Positions 8,299 to 8,341 of a stretch of DNA of 8,341 nt are shown here, in pieces; position 1 is the stretch's first letter, and each line of letters starts with the position of its first letter. Both the position numbers and the translations under genes were made by a program. The notes below the pieces were generated by a model. It saw nothing but the letters and a program-made list of their open reading frames with translations, did no database searches and was not told the DNA's origin. The stretch is from IMG/VR virus record IMGVR_UViG_2529292921_000006; one strand, 5' to 3'. The DNA is from a virus. Lineage: Duplodnaviria > Heunggongvirae > Uroviricota > Caudoviricetes.

Positions 8299-8341
8299 AT
8301 GACCACACCAAATCCACTGGCAAAAACGAAAGGTGCGGGAA
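8299..8341 (+). CDS. Major tail protein, lambda gpV family; first 14 codons only, continues beyond window end
   Basis: MTTPNPLAKTKGAG parallels the lambda gpV N-terminus (MPVPNPTMPVKGAGTT...). Strong SD upstream. Follows gpZ and gpU in the lambda order. Confidence 0.7.
   Translation, partial: MTTPNPLAKTKGAG

Overview
This window is the packaging/head/head-tail-joining end of a lambda-like (siphovirus-type) prophage late operon, all on the + strand, with an IS100 (IS21-family) element inserted at its 5' side. Gene order: [IS100 left end with istA on the - strand, 1-634] | C-terminal remnant of terminase small subunit | terminase large subunit (split into two ORFs by a frameshift) | gpW-like | portal | ClpP-type prohead protease | major capsid | small decoration-like protein | gpFII-like | gpZ-like | gpU-like | start of gpV-like major tail protein. 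Genes are tightly packed, with ATGA/TGATG stop-start overlaps typical of translationally coupled phage morphogenesis operons. I see no tRNA, rRNA, CRISPR array or recognisable defense/toxin cassette, and I do not see a novel system. What stands out is evidence of prophage decay: the IS insertion in terS, an apparent +1 frameshift in terL, and a probable frameshift or missing start signal at the 5' end of the capsid gene. Family assignments come from reading the translations and recalling lambda and IS100 proteins from memory; no database search was run.
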